DNA of 64,000 bases, taken from the IMG/VR virus record IMGVR_UViG_3300042519_004024, positions 1 to 64,000 of that record, one strand, 5' to 3'. A model generated the notes under the pieces. That model made no database searches and was not told the origin of the DNA. It saw nothing but the letters and a program-made list of their open reading frames with translations. Both the position numbers and the translations under genes were made by a program. Positions 63,992 through 64,000 of the stretch are shown here, piece after piece. Each line of letters opens with the position of its first letter. Positions within the stretch are counted from its first letter, which is position 1.

Positions 63992-64000
63992 AATATAAAT

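Noticed and set aside
1-64000. Eukaryotic giant virus origin or an alternative genetic code
   Set aside because: Intrinsic terminators, coupled stop/start overlaps, holin-like genes and bacterial promoters indicate a phage; TAA, TAG and TGA all end well-formed genes.

Overview
This strongly AT-rich, gene-dense window, mostly minus-strand, looks like an accessory region of a large tailed phage. It has no capsid, terminase or polymerase gene. It does carry ThyA, an RNA ligase, holin-like genes, many small ORFans and intrinsic terminators. Repeated TTTG-N20-TAnnTTTG promoters and Bacteroidota-type genes (nitroreductase, DUF2452, acyl-CoA thioesterase) point to a Bacteroidota host. The main unexplained pattern is that about 40 otherwise unrelated ORFs start with one of roughly six short conserved N-terminal leaders, such as MKIIITESQY, MKRIIRLTESDLTRIVKRxIxE, MKxLIKKILKEE and MNLQE. 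These leaders contain or end in [I/L/V]-x-E, the motif cut by T4-type prohead proteases. The proteins behind the leaders include ADP-ribosyltransferase-like domains, three HExxH proteases, two PD-(D/E)xK nuclease-like domains, a SleB wall hydrolase, a kinase, a ParB/Srx domain and a flavoprotein. One is an Ntn-hydrolase whose putative catalytic Cys directly follows I-K-E. Leader-bearing units are typically preceded by TATTTAT, while genes behind the host-type TAnnTTTG promoter lack leaders. I infer a large capsid-targeting, protease-activated cargo system. Other points of interest are a PlcP-like phosphoesterase paired with a glycosyltransferase, a dispersed RNA-repair toolkit, and a roughly 2 kb control region (5.8-7.85 kb) with a G-island, palindromes and a candidate ncRNA. 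All family calls come from motif recognition by eye; no searches were run.
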